From assembly GCA_043228905.1 (NCBI GenBank), contig JBHGNT010000004.1, positions 12,090,001 through 12,154,000 of the forward strand: DNA of 64,000 nt. Direction: 5' to 3'. Below the pieces are notes generated by a model. The model ran no database searches. It was not told the DNA's origin and saw only the letters and a list, made by a program, of their open reading frames with translations. The stretch's first letter is position 1; each line of letters opens with the position of its first letter. The stretch is from Azolla caroliniana (lineage: Eukaryota; Plantae; Polypodiophyta). Shown piece by piece: positions 38,401-51,639 of the stretch. The translations under genes and the position numbers were made by a program.

Positions 38401-41115
38401 CTAGAAAAATGTAGCTTTGACTGCAAGCAAGTGGAATTTCTAGGCTACGTCATCTCCTCAAAGGGCATCGCCATGGATCTAGCTAAAATCCAAACTATAC
38501 TAGAGTGGCAAATTCCACGGTCGGTACGAGATGTACAATGTTTTCTAGGTTTTGCTAACTTCTACCGTAAGTTTATACAGGATTACTCGAAGATTATTTT
38601 ACCTCTCACACAACTTACAAAGAAGGGCCAAGCATTTCTTTGGTCCATAGAAGCAGATATGGCTTTTCGGCATCTTAAGAAAGCCTTTGCATCAGCACTG
38701 ATTCTAGCTCATGTGGATACAAGCAAACCATTCATCATGGAGGCCGACGCATCAGATTTCGCCCTCGGTAGCATCCTTTCTCAACAAGGCGATAAAGAAG
38801 AGTTGCATCCGGTTGCTTTCCATTCGCGCAAATTGGATGTCACAGAAATCAACTACGAAATACATGAGAAGGAGTTATTAGCCATCGTGGATTCATTTGT
38901 ACAATGGCGGCATTTCTTAGAGGGCTCTCCACATCAGTTCATTGTCTTTAGCAATCATAAAAATCTTGCTTATTTTCAGAACGCTCGCGTACTAAATCGA
39001 CGGCAAGCTCGGTGGGTGCAATTCCTCACGCGTTTCGACTTCAAAATCACATATCGACCGGGGAAGCAGCAAGGAAAAGTAGATGCACTATCACGGCGTT
39101 CATATCTTGCACCTCGTCCTGGTGACGCAACATTTGATAATCAAAAGCAAGTAATCTTGGGACCAACACGATTGCACACGACGCGGATTTTTCACACCCC
39201 GATGGATTCACGGATTACCGATGACATACGTGCAACCTTGAAGACGGATAGTTTTGCTCAAGACATCCTGGCGCACATTGATACTTCTCGGGCATCATGT
39301 TCTCAGTCTCAACAACCAGGTATTGACTACCAACAATTCGAATATCATGATGGTTTGTTATTCTTTAAAAAGCACGTATATGTCCCCGATTGCTCCTGTC
39401 GCCTTCAAATCGTCCAACATTGTCACGACACCCATACGGTGGGACATTTCGGTAGTACTAAGACGTTGGAGCTAGTGCAGCGATCTTTGTGGTGGCCCCA
39501 TATGCGTCGTTTTGTCGATGACTACGTTCGGACCTGTGATGCTTGCTGCCGAGCAAAGATGCCACGACACCATCCATATGCCACAACACCATCCATAAGC
39601 CGTGGCAGTCTATTTGTCTTGATTTTATCACAGATTTGCCGGTCTCGAAGGGGTTCGATGCTATCCTAACCGTAGTCGATCGATATACGAAGATGGCACA
39701 TTTTGTGCTGTGTACTAAAGCCATCACTAGCGAGGAAACCGCCGCTCTTGTTATGCGTGAGGTATTTCGGCATCATGGCCTCCCAGACAGTATTATCAGT
39801 GACCGAGGCCCGCAATTTGTCTCCAAATTTTGGCAGCATCTCTTCAAGATGCTCAAGGTCTCCTGCAACCTCTCCTCCGGCTACCATCCTCAGACCGACG
39901 GGCAGGCGGAATGAACAAACCAAACGCTAGAGCAATATCTCTTGTGTTTCCTGAGTTATCAACAGGACGATTGGGCCGAGATTCTCCACTTTGCGGAGTT
40001 TGCGTATAATAATGCTATTCACTCCTCGACTCGGGTCTCCCCATTTTTCGTTTATACCGGTTTCCATCCTCGCTGGTCGGTGATCGACACTCCGGAGCTA
40101 CCTACCACCCCTCGTGCCAAGGATCATTTGGAGAGGCTACGCAAGATCCAGATGGATCTCTCTACTCACCTTCGTCATGCTCAACACACACAGAAGACTT
40201 ATGCGGATCGTCATCGGATTCCCTCCTCTTTTGCCATTGGAGATCGAGTATGGCTCTTACATCATCACATCAAGACTACTCGACCGTGCGACAAGTTGGA
40301 TTATCGACGACTCGGTCCCTTCCGTATTACGGGTAAGATTAATGATGTCAACTTCCGCCTTGATCTCCCTCCGCAACTTCAGATACATCCGGTTTTCCGT
40401 TGTTCTCTTCTTGAACATTATAAAGCAAACACCATTCCCGATCGTGTGACACCACCGCCGCCCCCGCTGGAGTTGGACGCCGGCCCAGAGTATGAAGTTG
40501 CTGCCATCCTCGATTCCAAACTTGTTCGCAACAAACTTTATTACTTGGTCGATTGGCTCGGTTATAGTCCGAGCGAACGTACTTGCCAATGCACAGGATC
40601 TTCTTGCTGATTTCCACTGAAAGTATCCGGACAAACCCGGTCCGCAATTAGCGCCGACTCGTTCCACTCGTCTTCTTTAAGGGGGAGATAGTGTCATGAT
40701 ATGGAAAAACTTGAACCCATGACCTTATGCTACATGGGTCGAGCTCTTACCATTAGACTATGAATTGTAATTTGTAGGATATTATTTTCATTTATGTTTT
40801 ATCATAGAAAATTGATGTATATTCCAGATCTCTCTGGAACATTCTAGAAGCTTCAGGATTATTCCTAAAAACACTATAAAAGGAGGCACAAGGCATTGTT
40901 TTGAACCAAATTGGTTCAACACCAGTCTTAAGCCTCTTAGCCGATTTGTACTTACCTTTCATATAATATAAGAGCTACTGTCATCATCCTATCTCTCTCT
41001 CCCCTCTTCTCACTTCCTCTCTCTCGGGAATCTTACGCAGTCCCGTCCTCTTAGTACTAATAGTACTACTCTTCTTAGTACTAATTCCATCTCTGCTTTA
41101 GTACTATTCCTAACA
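35490..41115 (+). mobile_element. Second Ty3/gypsy chromovirus, related family: LTRs 35490-35913 and 40692-41115, TSD TCTAG
   Basis: TCTAG at 35485-35489 and 41116-41120. PPT aagggggagatag before 40692. Confidence 0.95.
35988..40680 (+). pseudogene. Disrupted gypsy gag-pol with chromodomain
   Basis: ORF fragments 35988-37144 (gag), 37141-37587 (PR), 37669-39669 (RT/RH) and 39543-40610 (IN, chromodomain YEVAAILDSK). Confidence 0.92.
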
Positions 41116-41779
41116 TCTAGCGAAGGTACCATTGGATCCGGGAGAGAGTAGAAGATCAAGAGTTCGTGCTGACAAAGATCCAAACGGAGGAGAACGGGTC
41201 GGACATGTTGACCAAGGTCTTGACAAGCGACAAGCTGGATGTGTGCCGAAAGAGGTTTGGGTTGGCAAGACATTCCATGCCTTAGTGAAGGAGGAGATTG
41301 TTGGGAAATCGGTCCCTCCGGATGGGATCCGGTGATGAATAAAGAGGACCCGGTGAGAACCGGAAGAGAAGACATATCTGTAAATATGTTTTTTTCTTGA
41401 GTAAGCCTATTGAGGCTATATTTGTAAACAACCCTTAGTTCATATAAGTATAAATATGACTTAGGGCAATCATGTAGTATGATAGTCATATTGTTGTATA
41501 GAGAGAGCGATAGAGAGAGTGAGATACAGAGCGATACTATGTTGTAATCGCCGATGTCGTGAAAATACGACGAGGACACGTGAACTTGAGGCAGGACCCC
41601 GGGGCCTCCAACTAGAGGATATCAGATTGATATGTTTATATTAAACAATTAATGGAAATAAGAAAGATTGACAAATTTCATTAACGAAGGAAAAGAAAGA
41701 TTACAATCAATCCCAAGATTGGGATTACAAAAGTTTTAGCTTATGGAGATTGGTAGAGTAATAGATTAGAAGATTTTGA

Positions 41780-41965
41780 GATATGGATTCCGTAGGGAAA
41801 ATTATGGTTTTTGAGTTTTATGGCTTCCGTAGAGAAAATTAGGATTAGGTTATATGAGAGATATGGCTTCCGTAGGGAAAATTCGGGTTTTTGAGTGTTA
41901 TAGCTTCCGTAGGGAAATTAGGGTTTTTGAGTGTTATGGCTTCCGTAGAGAAAATTAGGGTTTTC
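41780..41965. repeat. ~33-bp tandem repeat in the LTR (ttatggcttccgtagggaaaattagggtttttgagtg); also at 55906-55993
   Basis: About 5 copies are visible directly. Confidence 0.8.
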
Positions 41966-42907
41966 TTTTCGTATTATGGCTTGGATAAGATAAGAGAGCT
42001 AAGAAGGAAAAGAAAAATAATATGGAGAGAGAGCATGAGTGTAGGAAAAAATGGAATATATATATGGAGTTCTCCGTTGATCATAGCCTTCAATGTTACT
42101 TTGCATGTCCACTTTTAGTTGCATGGCCTCTACTTTCAGTTGCATCCAATTTTAGTTGCATGGCTTTCTCTTTTAGTTGCATGTGACCGTCCACATGACC
42201 TTTACTTTAGTTTTCTTTAATCTACTATAATTAGCCACATGATCCTATCATCTGTCCGTCTCGATCACCGCCCATCCAATCCGTCTGGTCCGCGTCCAAC
42301 CTCGTCCGATCACCAGTTGCATCCGGTCGCCGGTTTCCGACTCCATCTGATTGCCAATTTTACCGGTTCCGGTTTGCTTTCTGACCGGTTCTGGTTTGCT
42401 TTCCGATCGGTTCTGCTTTATTGCCAATCGGTTTTTGGGCACTTGGCCACAATCATCCATCTAGACAAAGTGGCCAAAGTGCTCTTACCACTAATGAAAA
42501 GTAAAGGATCTCAATGTGATTATATAGCCAAGGCCTTAAATTTCCTATCTATGTGGGATAAATCATAGTTCTATTTCCCTATCTTCTCAAACTTCATGTG
42601 CTCATAATTTGATATGTAGTTGTCCATTTTGTATCTAGTAAAATGCGTTTTAAAGCTCTTGAGTACATCCATCTTCCTATAACAAGCTAATAATCTAATC
42701 TAAAATAGTTATTTTATTATTTATTATTATTATTTTTAAATAGTTCTCATATCATGTGTGAAAAACCACACGACATTCACCCCCACCAAACCCACACATC
42801 CACCGGTATGTGCCAATTGTAGTGAGGTTCCTCTTTTGATTATTCTACTTCATCGATGTCTCTTCTTTATACTCAAACCGCCATTGCCATCCAATCCACC
42901 ATATTCT

Positions 42908-44619
42908 TCATTTAGTCTTTGCATTTCCATGACTGATTGTCATGGCTCTCTTTGCTCCTCTAGAGCATAATGCTTCACTCCTTATGCACGTGCCACCTTC
43001 ATCTTGGCCATCTCCTTGGTCATCTAATTTTCTTTTATCATTCTTTTTTGTTCCATGCATGCCTTTCAAAGGCCTTATTGAAATACTATTGTTGAGAACT
43101 CTTAGTGAGTCGTTCTTTAGCAGCATGCTCTCCTCTAGGTCCTTAAGCGACCACATTGCATGCTTCCCACTTTGTCCACTTTCGTGGTATACTCTCGTGT
43201 TGGAGCTAAACATGACTTCCATGCTAGTGTCATCCTTGTCAGATTTTATGATTACATCTTTTGGATCCATTAGGCCCACTTGGCCCTCGTCTTCCCTTGT
43301 TGTGCTTTTCCTTGGCTCTTTGTTGCAAGAATCAGCTTTCGTTCTTGTGCTTTTCTTGAGCTCTATGTTGCAAGCATCAACTTTCGTTCTTGTGCTTTTC
43401 TTCAGCTCTATGTCACACACACTGACTTTCGTCATTCTGCTTTGCTTTACGTCCTTGTTGCACACGTTGACTTTAACCCTTGTTTCCTCGCCACCATCGT
43501 CCTTCTCTTTGGTCTTACATCGGTTAATGCCCAAGTCTCTCAAACGAGTGTGGAGGAATTTTGTAGTTTGGCATTGCCTTTGTCGTGCTACCTTTAGCCA
43601 CTTCCACCTTATGGTTGTTCGCATTGGCATTGATCTTTGTTTCTTTGCCACCACCTTCTGTCTCTTGGGTCTTACATCGGTTAATGCCCAAGTCTCAAGA
43701 ACTTTTGTGGGGAAAGTCTCTTCATGATCATCATCTACCCTCTTCATCTTCACATCTCCCTCTTCTTTGAATGTGTTAGCTTCGGCCTTCACTTCCTCGC
43801 CGCCACGTTCCGTCTCTTGGGTCTCACATTTGCTTTCTGACGCATCTGCCCAAGTCTCCGGAACAAGTGTGGAGAAAATCTCGACATGGCCATCCGCCAT
43901 TGACTCGTTCAAAGCCATCTCTGACTCGATGTCATTTTTCGTGGTTATATCCTCAATCATGTCGGCCTCACACTTTTTATCTCCTTTGATCATGCAAGCT
44001 TTGCTCATGCTTGCACCTTCACCACTTGATGTTTCTGACACGATGCATGTTTCGAAACATTTGTCTTCGCTTGAAGTGTCATTCGCCACCCTCGATTCAT
44101 TTGTTTCATTCTTCATCATTATTTTTTGCAAGACGAGAAGGCGTCTTGGTCCACATCTTCTCCCGTGGTGCTATCATACTGAACTTGGTCCTTCGCATTG
44201 GTCATATCATGACTCCACCTTTATTGGGAGGTCTCTTCTTCTTTGATAACCATTTTAATCGGTTTTGGTTCCATTATAAGATTCTCTTTGGCCTCGACTT
44301 GCATCTTTAAATTCTCATATACCTGGTTTATGAAGGCCTCTATGTCGAGTACCATCAAACCTTCCCTCTTCAAGCTCTCTTCTTTAGGTGGTAGTTTGTA
44401 GTTGCTTCCCCTCCTCCTTTCACCATCTATCATGGGTTGTATTGTTGCCGATGAGAATCTTGTCTTCCTCTTATCGTGCAGTTGACATACTCTTTCCACT
44501 TTCGTCCAATCCTCGGTGAGGCCATTTGCACCATCATCATCCTGAAGTCGGATTTCAATGGCCTTCCTTTCCTTCAGATCGATTGACTTCACAAACATTA
44601 GGACTTTTTCCACCCCCAC
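42908..44619 (-). pseudogene. Degenerate gag-like, low-complexity E/K-rich ORF(s) of the tRNA-Trp element; no pol motifs
   Basis: ORFs 44221-44619 and 42908-44131 carry a 15-aa repeat (KVxxCxIELKKSTRT). No RT or IN motifs were seen. Confidence 0.5.
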
Positions 44620-45282
44620 CAGTCTTTAATCCCGCTCCGAGAGTTGTGCAAAGAAACACTCGAATTCAACAAAAGCATGCATGGCACTTTGCTGGGTCTT
44701 TAATGATGATACCCATTGGTCGAACTCGTATAGTTTGCATTTCTTCTACTCTTTGTATCTATATGCCTCCATGAGATATCCTCCTGCCACCTCGTTTCGC
44801 GTCGGGTTCACCAAAGATGTCGCGAAAATACGACGAGGACATGTGAACTTGAGGCAGTAACCCAGGGCCTCCGACAAGAGGATATTAGATTCGTATGCTA
44901 TATTAAACAATTGATGGAAATAAGAAAGATTGACAAATTTCATTAACAAAGGAAAAGAAAGATTACAATCAATCCCAAGATTGGGATTACAAAAGTTTTA
45001 GCTTATGGAGATTGGTAGAGTAATAGATTAGGAGATTTTGAGATATGGATTCCGTAGGGAAAATTAGGGCTTTTGAGTGTGTGGAAGCGTATGTGCAAAA
45101 GCATAAGAGAGAGAGCGAGAGAGAATAATACACAGAATACAGAGAGTACTCAGGAGAGACAGAGAGAGCAGAACAATAATCTATTACAAAACTTATATCA
45201 ACACTCTGTACATGAAACGTGCTCAACAACACTGTTTATACAAGTCCTGAGAGGACTCACAGAAGTACTGCGTACTTCAATG

Positions 45283-48200
45283 TGTCGGAATTCCGTGCTC
45301 GGCCACAACCGAGGAACAGGATCGATTCACAGAAAACGGGAAATACAACAATACACGAAAAAACAATAGAGAGAAGGGTACACTGGATGTTTTACGTGGA
45401 AAACCCTAAATGGGAAAAACCACGGGAGTGCAAGACTCCAACTATCACTATACGTGGGAATGTACAATGGCGAGCTGCAAGGCGACGACCTTGAGCTCGC
45501 TGTCCTCGCCACAGGCGGCGGTATTACACAGAGGCGTCGACCTCTTCCTTCCTCTTTCGCTCTCACTCTCTCTCGGCTGCTCTCACTTCGCTCCCTCTTA
45601 GTGGAAAACAGAAAATGAGCAACAACAACAACTGTTTGCCCTAAGTCATATTTATACACATATGACTTTCGGGCTATTTACAAATATAGCCTCAAGGGCC
45701 CTTGGCAAACATATTCACAGATATGTCCCCGCATCCGGATCTCTCTCCAGGTACATACGTCATCCGGCTCCGTAACCGGGGTCTTCAGCATCCGGCTCCG
45801 TAACCGGGGTCTTCAGCATCCGGCTCCGTAACCGGGGTCTTCAGCAACCGGCTCCGTAACCGGGTACTCTTCATCCGGCTTCATGCCGGGTACTCTTCAT
45901 CCTACGGTTCCGTAACAGCCTCCGGGCTTGCCGTCATTCATCTCCGGACATCCCATCCGGAGGGACCGAAATCCCAACAAACTCCCCCTTCACTTCGGCA
46001 TGGGATGTCTCTCCAACCCGATCCTCTTCCGGCATGCTTCCAGCTTGTCGGGTGTGAGCACCTTGGTCAGCATATCCGACCCGTTCTCGTCCGTGTGGAT
46101 CTTCGTCAGCACGAACTCCTTGTCTTCTATCCTTTCCCGGATCCAGTGATATCTTCGCTGGATGTGTTTCGTCCGGGAATGGTAGGCCGCGTTCTTCGCA
46201 AGGTGGATGGCACTCTGACTATCGCAGTAGAGTCGGTACTCCTCCTGCCGGATACCGAGCTCTCTAATGAAGTCCTTCATCCATATTATTTCCTTGCCGG
46301 CTTCAACAGCCGCCATGTACTCCGCCTCCGTGGTTGACAACGCAACCGTCTTCTGCAGCCTCGACTGCCATGAAACAGCTCCACCTGCATACGTCATCAC
46401 ATACCCTGATGTGGACCGGCTGGTATCTGCATCAGCCGACATATCCGAATCGGTGAAGCCGTCGAGTTCGGGCTTACCGGAGCCGAATCGGAGGCACACG
46501 TTTGCCGTACCCTTCAGGTATCGGAGTATCCACTTGGCCGCGTTCCAATGCTCTTTGCCGGGATTGCTCATGTATCGGCTCACCACTCCGACTGCATATC
46601 CGATGTCCGGTCTCGTACACACCATGGCGTACATCAAGCTCCCGACGGCTGAGGCATACGGCACTTTCATCATATCCTCCTTTTCAGCCTTTGTCTTGGG
46701 ACTTTGCTTGCTGGTCAGCTTGCAGTTTACCGGGAGGGTCGATCCGACCGGTCTTGCTTCCGACATGTTGAACCGTTGAAGCACCTTTGTCACGTACTTT
46801 TCCTGTGACATCCACAACTGCTTCTTCTTCCGGTCCCGGATGATGTGCATCCCTAATATTTGTCTCGCCGGACCCAGGTCCTTCATTGAGAAGGTTCGGT
46901 GAAGAGCCTTCTTCAGCATCCGTATCTTGACCTGGTCCCGTCCGACGATCAACATGTCGTCCACGTACAGGAGGAGTATTAGAGAGTCTCCTCCTTCGAA
47001 CTTCTTCACAAACACGCAGTGATCAGACTGCGTTTTGTGGTACCCTTCGTCGGTCATGAAGGAGTCGAACTTGCGGTACCATTGCCGGGGAGCCTGCTTC
47101 AGTCCGTAAAGGCTCTTCTTCAACCGGCATACCAGGTGCTCCTTCCCTTTCTTCTCGAATCCTTCCGGTTGCTGCATGTAGATCTCTTCTTCGAGGTCAC
47201 CGTGAAGGAATGCCGTCTTCACGTCCATCTGTTCTACCTCGAGGTCCATGCTTGCCGCTATGCTCAGCACCGTCTGGATGGAGGTCATCTTCACTACCGG
47301 GGCAAATATCTCGTCGAAGTCGACGCCCTTCTTCTGCTGAAACCCCTTCACCACGATCCTGGCTTTGTATCTCGGGGGGTTTTCGGCATCTCCCGGTTTC
47401 AGCTTGAACACCCACTTGTTTCGAAGTGCCCGCTTTCCTTTCGGCAACTCCACAAGTTCATATGTGTGGTTCTCATGCAGGGAATCCATCTCGTCCTGCA
47501 TGGCACTCAACCACCTGCGGCTCTGGGTGTCATGCTTTGCTTCTTCAAAGCTCTCCGGCTCCCCCTCGTCGGTCAGCAGCACGTGCTCAGGTTCCGGAAA
47601 TCTCCGGGGGGCCCTTCTCTCTCTTAGAGGATATCTCCGTTCCGGAGCTTCGGTAACCGGTTCTTCCGATTCTTCTTCATCCGAATCCATTTCGGGATCG
47701 GGGCCGGTTCCGGTATCGTTTTCATCTTCTTCGGCCGGTTCTGTTTCTTCACCGTCTTCGGCCGGATCCTCGAGTGCTAACCGGTCCCTTTCCGGTCGGG
47801 ACTGCTCCTCGTAGAGTTGATACTCACCGGTCGACTTAGAGCTCTTCACCTTCTTCTCCGACTCCCAGTCGGCGAGTGTCTTGTCCTCCATGAAGATGAT
47901 GTCTCGACTCCTGAATATCTTCTTGTCGACCGGGTCCCATACTCGGTAGCCGAACTCGTCATCGCCGTAACCGAGGAATATGCATGGCCGGGTCTTCGGA
48001 TCTAGCTTTCCTCTCCGGTCCTTTGCCACATGCACGTATGCGAGACACCCGAACACCTTCAGATGCCGGTAGGATACTTCCCTACCGGTCCACACTCTCT
48101 GCGGCGTGTCTCCGTCCAACGGTACTGAGGGTGATCTGTTTATCACATATGTCGCCGTCGACATTGCCTCAGCCCAAAATCCCTTGGGTAATTTCGCATG

Positions 48201-50791
48201 CGCCAGCATACTCCGGACCCTCTCCATTATGGTCCGGTTCATCCTCTCGGCCAGCCCGTTCAGTTCCGGCGTCTTCGGCACAGTAAACTCGAGCCGGATT
48301 CCCTTCGAGCGACAGTACTCCGCGAACTGCCCCCGGTATTCTCCTCCGTTATCCGCTCGTATCGCTTTCAGCTTCTTGCCGGATTCTCTTTCCACTCTCG
48401 CGTGGAGTTCTTTGAAGACGGACAATACTTGGTCCTTTGTCTTCATCGGTGCCGTCCACAGTTTTCGGCTATGATCATCGATGAATGTTACGAAGTACTA
48501 AGCTCCGCCATGTGACTTCGTCTCTACCTGACACACGTCAGTGTGCACCAACTCCAATGGTGCGCTACGTCTCGTCGGTGACCTTGAGTGGAAGGAGGTT
48601 CGGTTCTGCTTACCGGCCAGGCAATCGGTGCACTTCTCCAGGTGCACATGCTTCACTGGGATAAGGTTGTCTTCTGCAAGCCTCTTCATCCCCTTCTCAC
48701 TCATGTGGCACAGTCTCTTGTGCCACAGCTCACCGGCAGTGTCGGCTGCCACATTCAGCTCTTCCGGACATAACCGGGCATTCATCAGGTACAGTGTGTT
48801 GACTTTTCGGGCCCGAGCCACCATCAGGCTCCCCTTGCTGAACTTCATTACGCCGTTCCGGATGCTACCTGTGTAGCCTTCATCGTCTAGCCTCCCGGCC
48901 GAAATCAGGTTCAATCGAACCTCCGGAACGTGACGGACATCCTTCAGCAGCATTTTGCATCCGGTCGGGGTTGTCAACCACACGTCTCCGATGCCGGCAA
49001 TCCGGCACGTACCTTCATTTCCCATCCGAACACAGCCATGCTCACCGGCTGTGTAGGATGAGAAGTATCTTCTCTCCGGGGTCAGGAGGAACGATGCTCC
49101 GGAATCGACCACCCAGGTCGTCTCATCGCCGGCAACGTTTAGCTCACCTTCTTCGGTGATGAGCATGATTTCTTCCTCACTTGCCGCGAGTGCCAACGTT
49201 CCTTTCCGGTCCTGCCCTCGCCGATCCGAACCTCTCCGGTCCGAGGCTCCCCGGTATGCACCGTTTCTCTCCGGTGACTTCTTCGAATCGGTGTCGTCGG
49301 CTCCGTTGTCTTTTCGGTAATGCCGACAATTCTTCCGGAAGTGCCCCGGCTTCCCACAGTGGAAGCATGTGGGTCTTCCTCTTGACTGCGACCGGGTCCC
49401 CGACTTCTCCCGTCTTTGCGGACTCCGGTTCCATTGTCTTCCCCGTTCCGATTCGGTAAGCAGCGCCTTCGAGTCGGAGGCCGGTTCTTTATCTCTCCGA
49501 CGCGCTTCTTCGTTCAAAATACTTGTCTTTACCGTTTGTAGGGACAAGTTATCTTCGGTGCAGGAGGTGCTGAGAGTCACCACCAAGTTCTCCCAGCTGT
49601 CCGGCAATGTACACATCAGGATGATGGCTTGCATTGCATCCTCCAACGGGAACTTGATCGCCGCAAGCTGGTTCACGAATCCCATGAACGTGCTTACGTG
49701 TTCCACCATACTCTCGCCGTCCCGGTACTTGAGGTTCACTATCTTCCTCATCAGGGAGGTCCGGTTCAACGCATTCTTCCTCTCGTAGAGGCCCGACAGC
49801 TTCTTCCACATCTCATATGCGTTGGTGTCGTTTGCCACATGTTGTAGGACGCTCACGTCGACGTATTGTCGGATCGTCGCTACGGCTTTCCGGTTCAGGA
49901 GCTTCCACTCCGACTCAAGTACCCCTTTCGGTATTTCCGACCTGTCAATCGGTTCGTACAGGTCCCGAACAATCAGAAGGTCCTCCATCTTGATCTTCCA
50001 GTCGGCGTAGTTCTGCGCATTCAGCACCATCATCCCCGGCTGCCCGCTGCTGCCGCCTTCCATTTTCTGTGTTACCGTCGCTCTGATACCACTTTGTCGG
50101 AATTCCGTGCTCGGCCACAACCGAGGAACAGGATCGATTCACAGAAAACGGGAAATACAACAATACACGAAAAAACAATAGAGAGAAGGGTACACTGGAT
50201 GTTTTACGTGGAAAACCCTAAATGGGAAAAACCACGGGAGTGCAAGACTCCAACTATCACTATACGTGGGAATGTACAATGGCGAGCTGCAAGGCGACGA
50301 CCTTGAGCTCGCTGTCCTCGCCACAGGCGGCGGTATTACACAGAGGCGTCGACCTCTTCCTTCCTCTTTCGCTCTCACTCTCTCTCGGCTGCTCTCACTT
50401 CGCTCCCTCTTAGTGGAAAACAGAAAATGAGCAACAACAACAACTGTTTGCCCTAAGTCATATTTATACACATATGACTTTCGGGCTATTTACAAATATA
50501 GCCTCAAGGGCCCTTGGCAAACATATTCACAGATATGTCCCCGCATCCGGATCTCTCTCCAGGTACATACGTCATCCGGCTCCGTAACCGGGGTCTTCAG
50601 CATCCGGCTCCGTAACCGGGGTCTTCAGCATCCGGCTCCGTAACCGGGGTCTTCAGCAACCGGCTCCGTAACCGGGTACTCTTCATCCGGCTTCATGCCG
50701 GGTACTCTTCATCCTACGGTTCCGTAACAGCCTCCGGGCTTGCCGTCATTCATCTCCGGACATCCCATCCGGAGGGACCGAAATCCCAACA
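45283..50791 (-). mobile_element. Very young full-length Ty1/copia element: LTRs 45283-45979 and 50095-50791 (697 bp), TSD CAATG
   Basis: CAATG at 45278-45282 and 50792-50796. No LTR differences were found by eye, and the ORFs inside the two LTRs translate identically. Confidence 0.96.
45990..50063 (-). pseudogene. Copia gag-pol with a single in-frame TAG (48498-48500) in integrase
   Basis: Near-identical to 18116-22189; SHGGAQYF there is SHGGA*YF here. Confidence 0.93.
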
Positions 50792-51639
50792 CAATGCTCA
50801 CTCGAGCGTCTAGCACTAACTACGAGACTATTAACTCCCTAGTAGTGTAGCTGCTACTAGGCTTCCAGTTATTGATGGATTCAACTAACCGGCTCCCCAG
50901 CTCACTGGCTCTTTTGCTCACCGGGTGCTCACCGTCTCACCGATCCATCTCGCTCACCAACTCAGGCTTATTCAGCCGATCTGGTTCCCGTTGAGCTAGC
51001 CGCTCAACACTCCCCCTCAAGCTCAATTTGAGGTCCGGTCGTAGTGTCAACGTATGTGGCAACCGGTCCTTCTACCTGGCTCCTTCTGGTATCGCACCGC
51101 CTCACTCGCGCTCCTCGTTTGGTCTGGTTCTGTTTGCCAAGACCCCTCTTGTTCTGCGCACCTCGACCTTCTCGGTCGGCTCATCTACTCAACAGGCCCA
51201 ATTCAGCTCCCTCGTTACTGCGACTCCGACACTTGCCGATCCGTCGATTCCTCCGTGATTGCATCGACTTCCGCTGCGTCTGTGTCTGCTTGGCCTTTAG
51301 TTGATCCGGCTCTCCGAATCCAACTCTTGAACCAAATCAGATGTCTCTAATTCGTTCCTGTTCTTGTCCGAATCGGTTGCTCCCGATTCGTCTTCCGGTT
51401 CTAGGCCCTTCACCACATCAAACCATGTCCGAGTCTTGGCCTTCTTCTTCCGGTTGGCTCTGTCCTTCTTGACTCTACCGCCACTATCGCTTGTTCTGAC
51501 TTGTTCTGATGTGTCAACTTCCTTTGTTGACTTAGCTCCTTTCTTCTTCTTGTGTCCCCCTTTGTCGGTTCTTTCCTTACCGGCGCAATCGGAAGTGTCT
51601 TTGCCTTTGCCCGTTCCGGTAGTGTCTGTTCCCATTCTC

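Larger units (their letters stand above)
24639..41554 (+). mobile_element. Degenerate Ty1/copia element split by two gypsy insertions (5' LTR 24639-25115, PBS 25119-25130, coding remnants 25145-25667, 32139-35489 and 41116-41290, 3' LTR from 41299, interrupted at 41555)
   Basis: Matching LTR starts ttgggaaatcggtccctccgg at 24641 and 41301. The gag, IN, RT and RH fragments are colinear once the insertions are removed. Confidence 0.88.

Noticed and set aside
41780-41965. Telomeric repeat (TTAGGG-containing)
   Set aside because: Single TTAGGG words inside a ~33-bp LTR repeat, not a TTTAGGG array.
10104-50471. Numerous 60-260 aa ORFs overlapping gag-pol antisense or inside LTR repeats (e.g. 10104-10640, 14955-15455, 21277-21912, 42942-43727)
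   Set aside because: These are shadow frames of GC-rich retrotransposon coding sequence or translations of tandem repeats, with no independent motifs.
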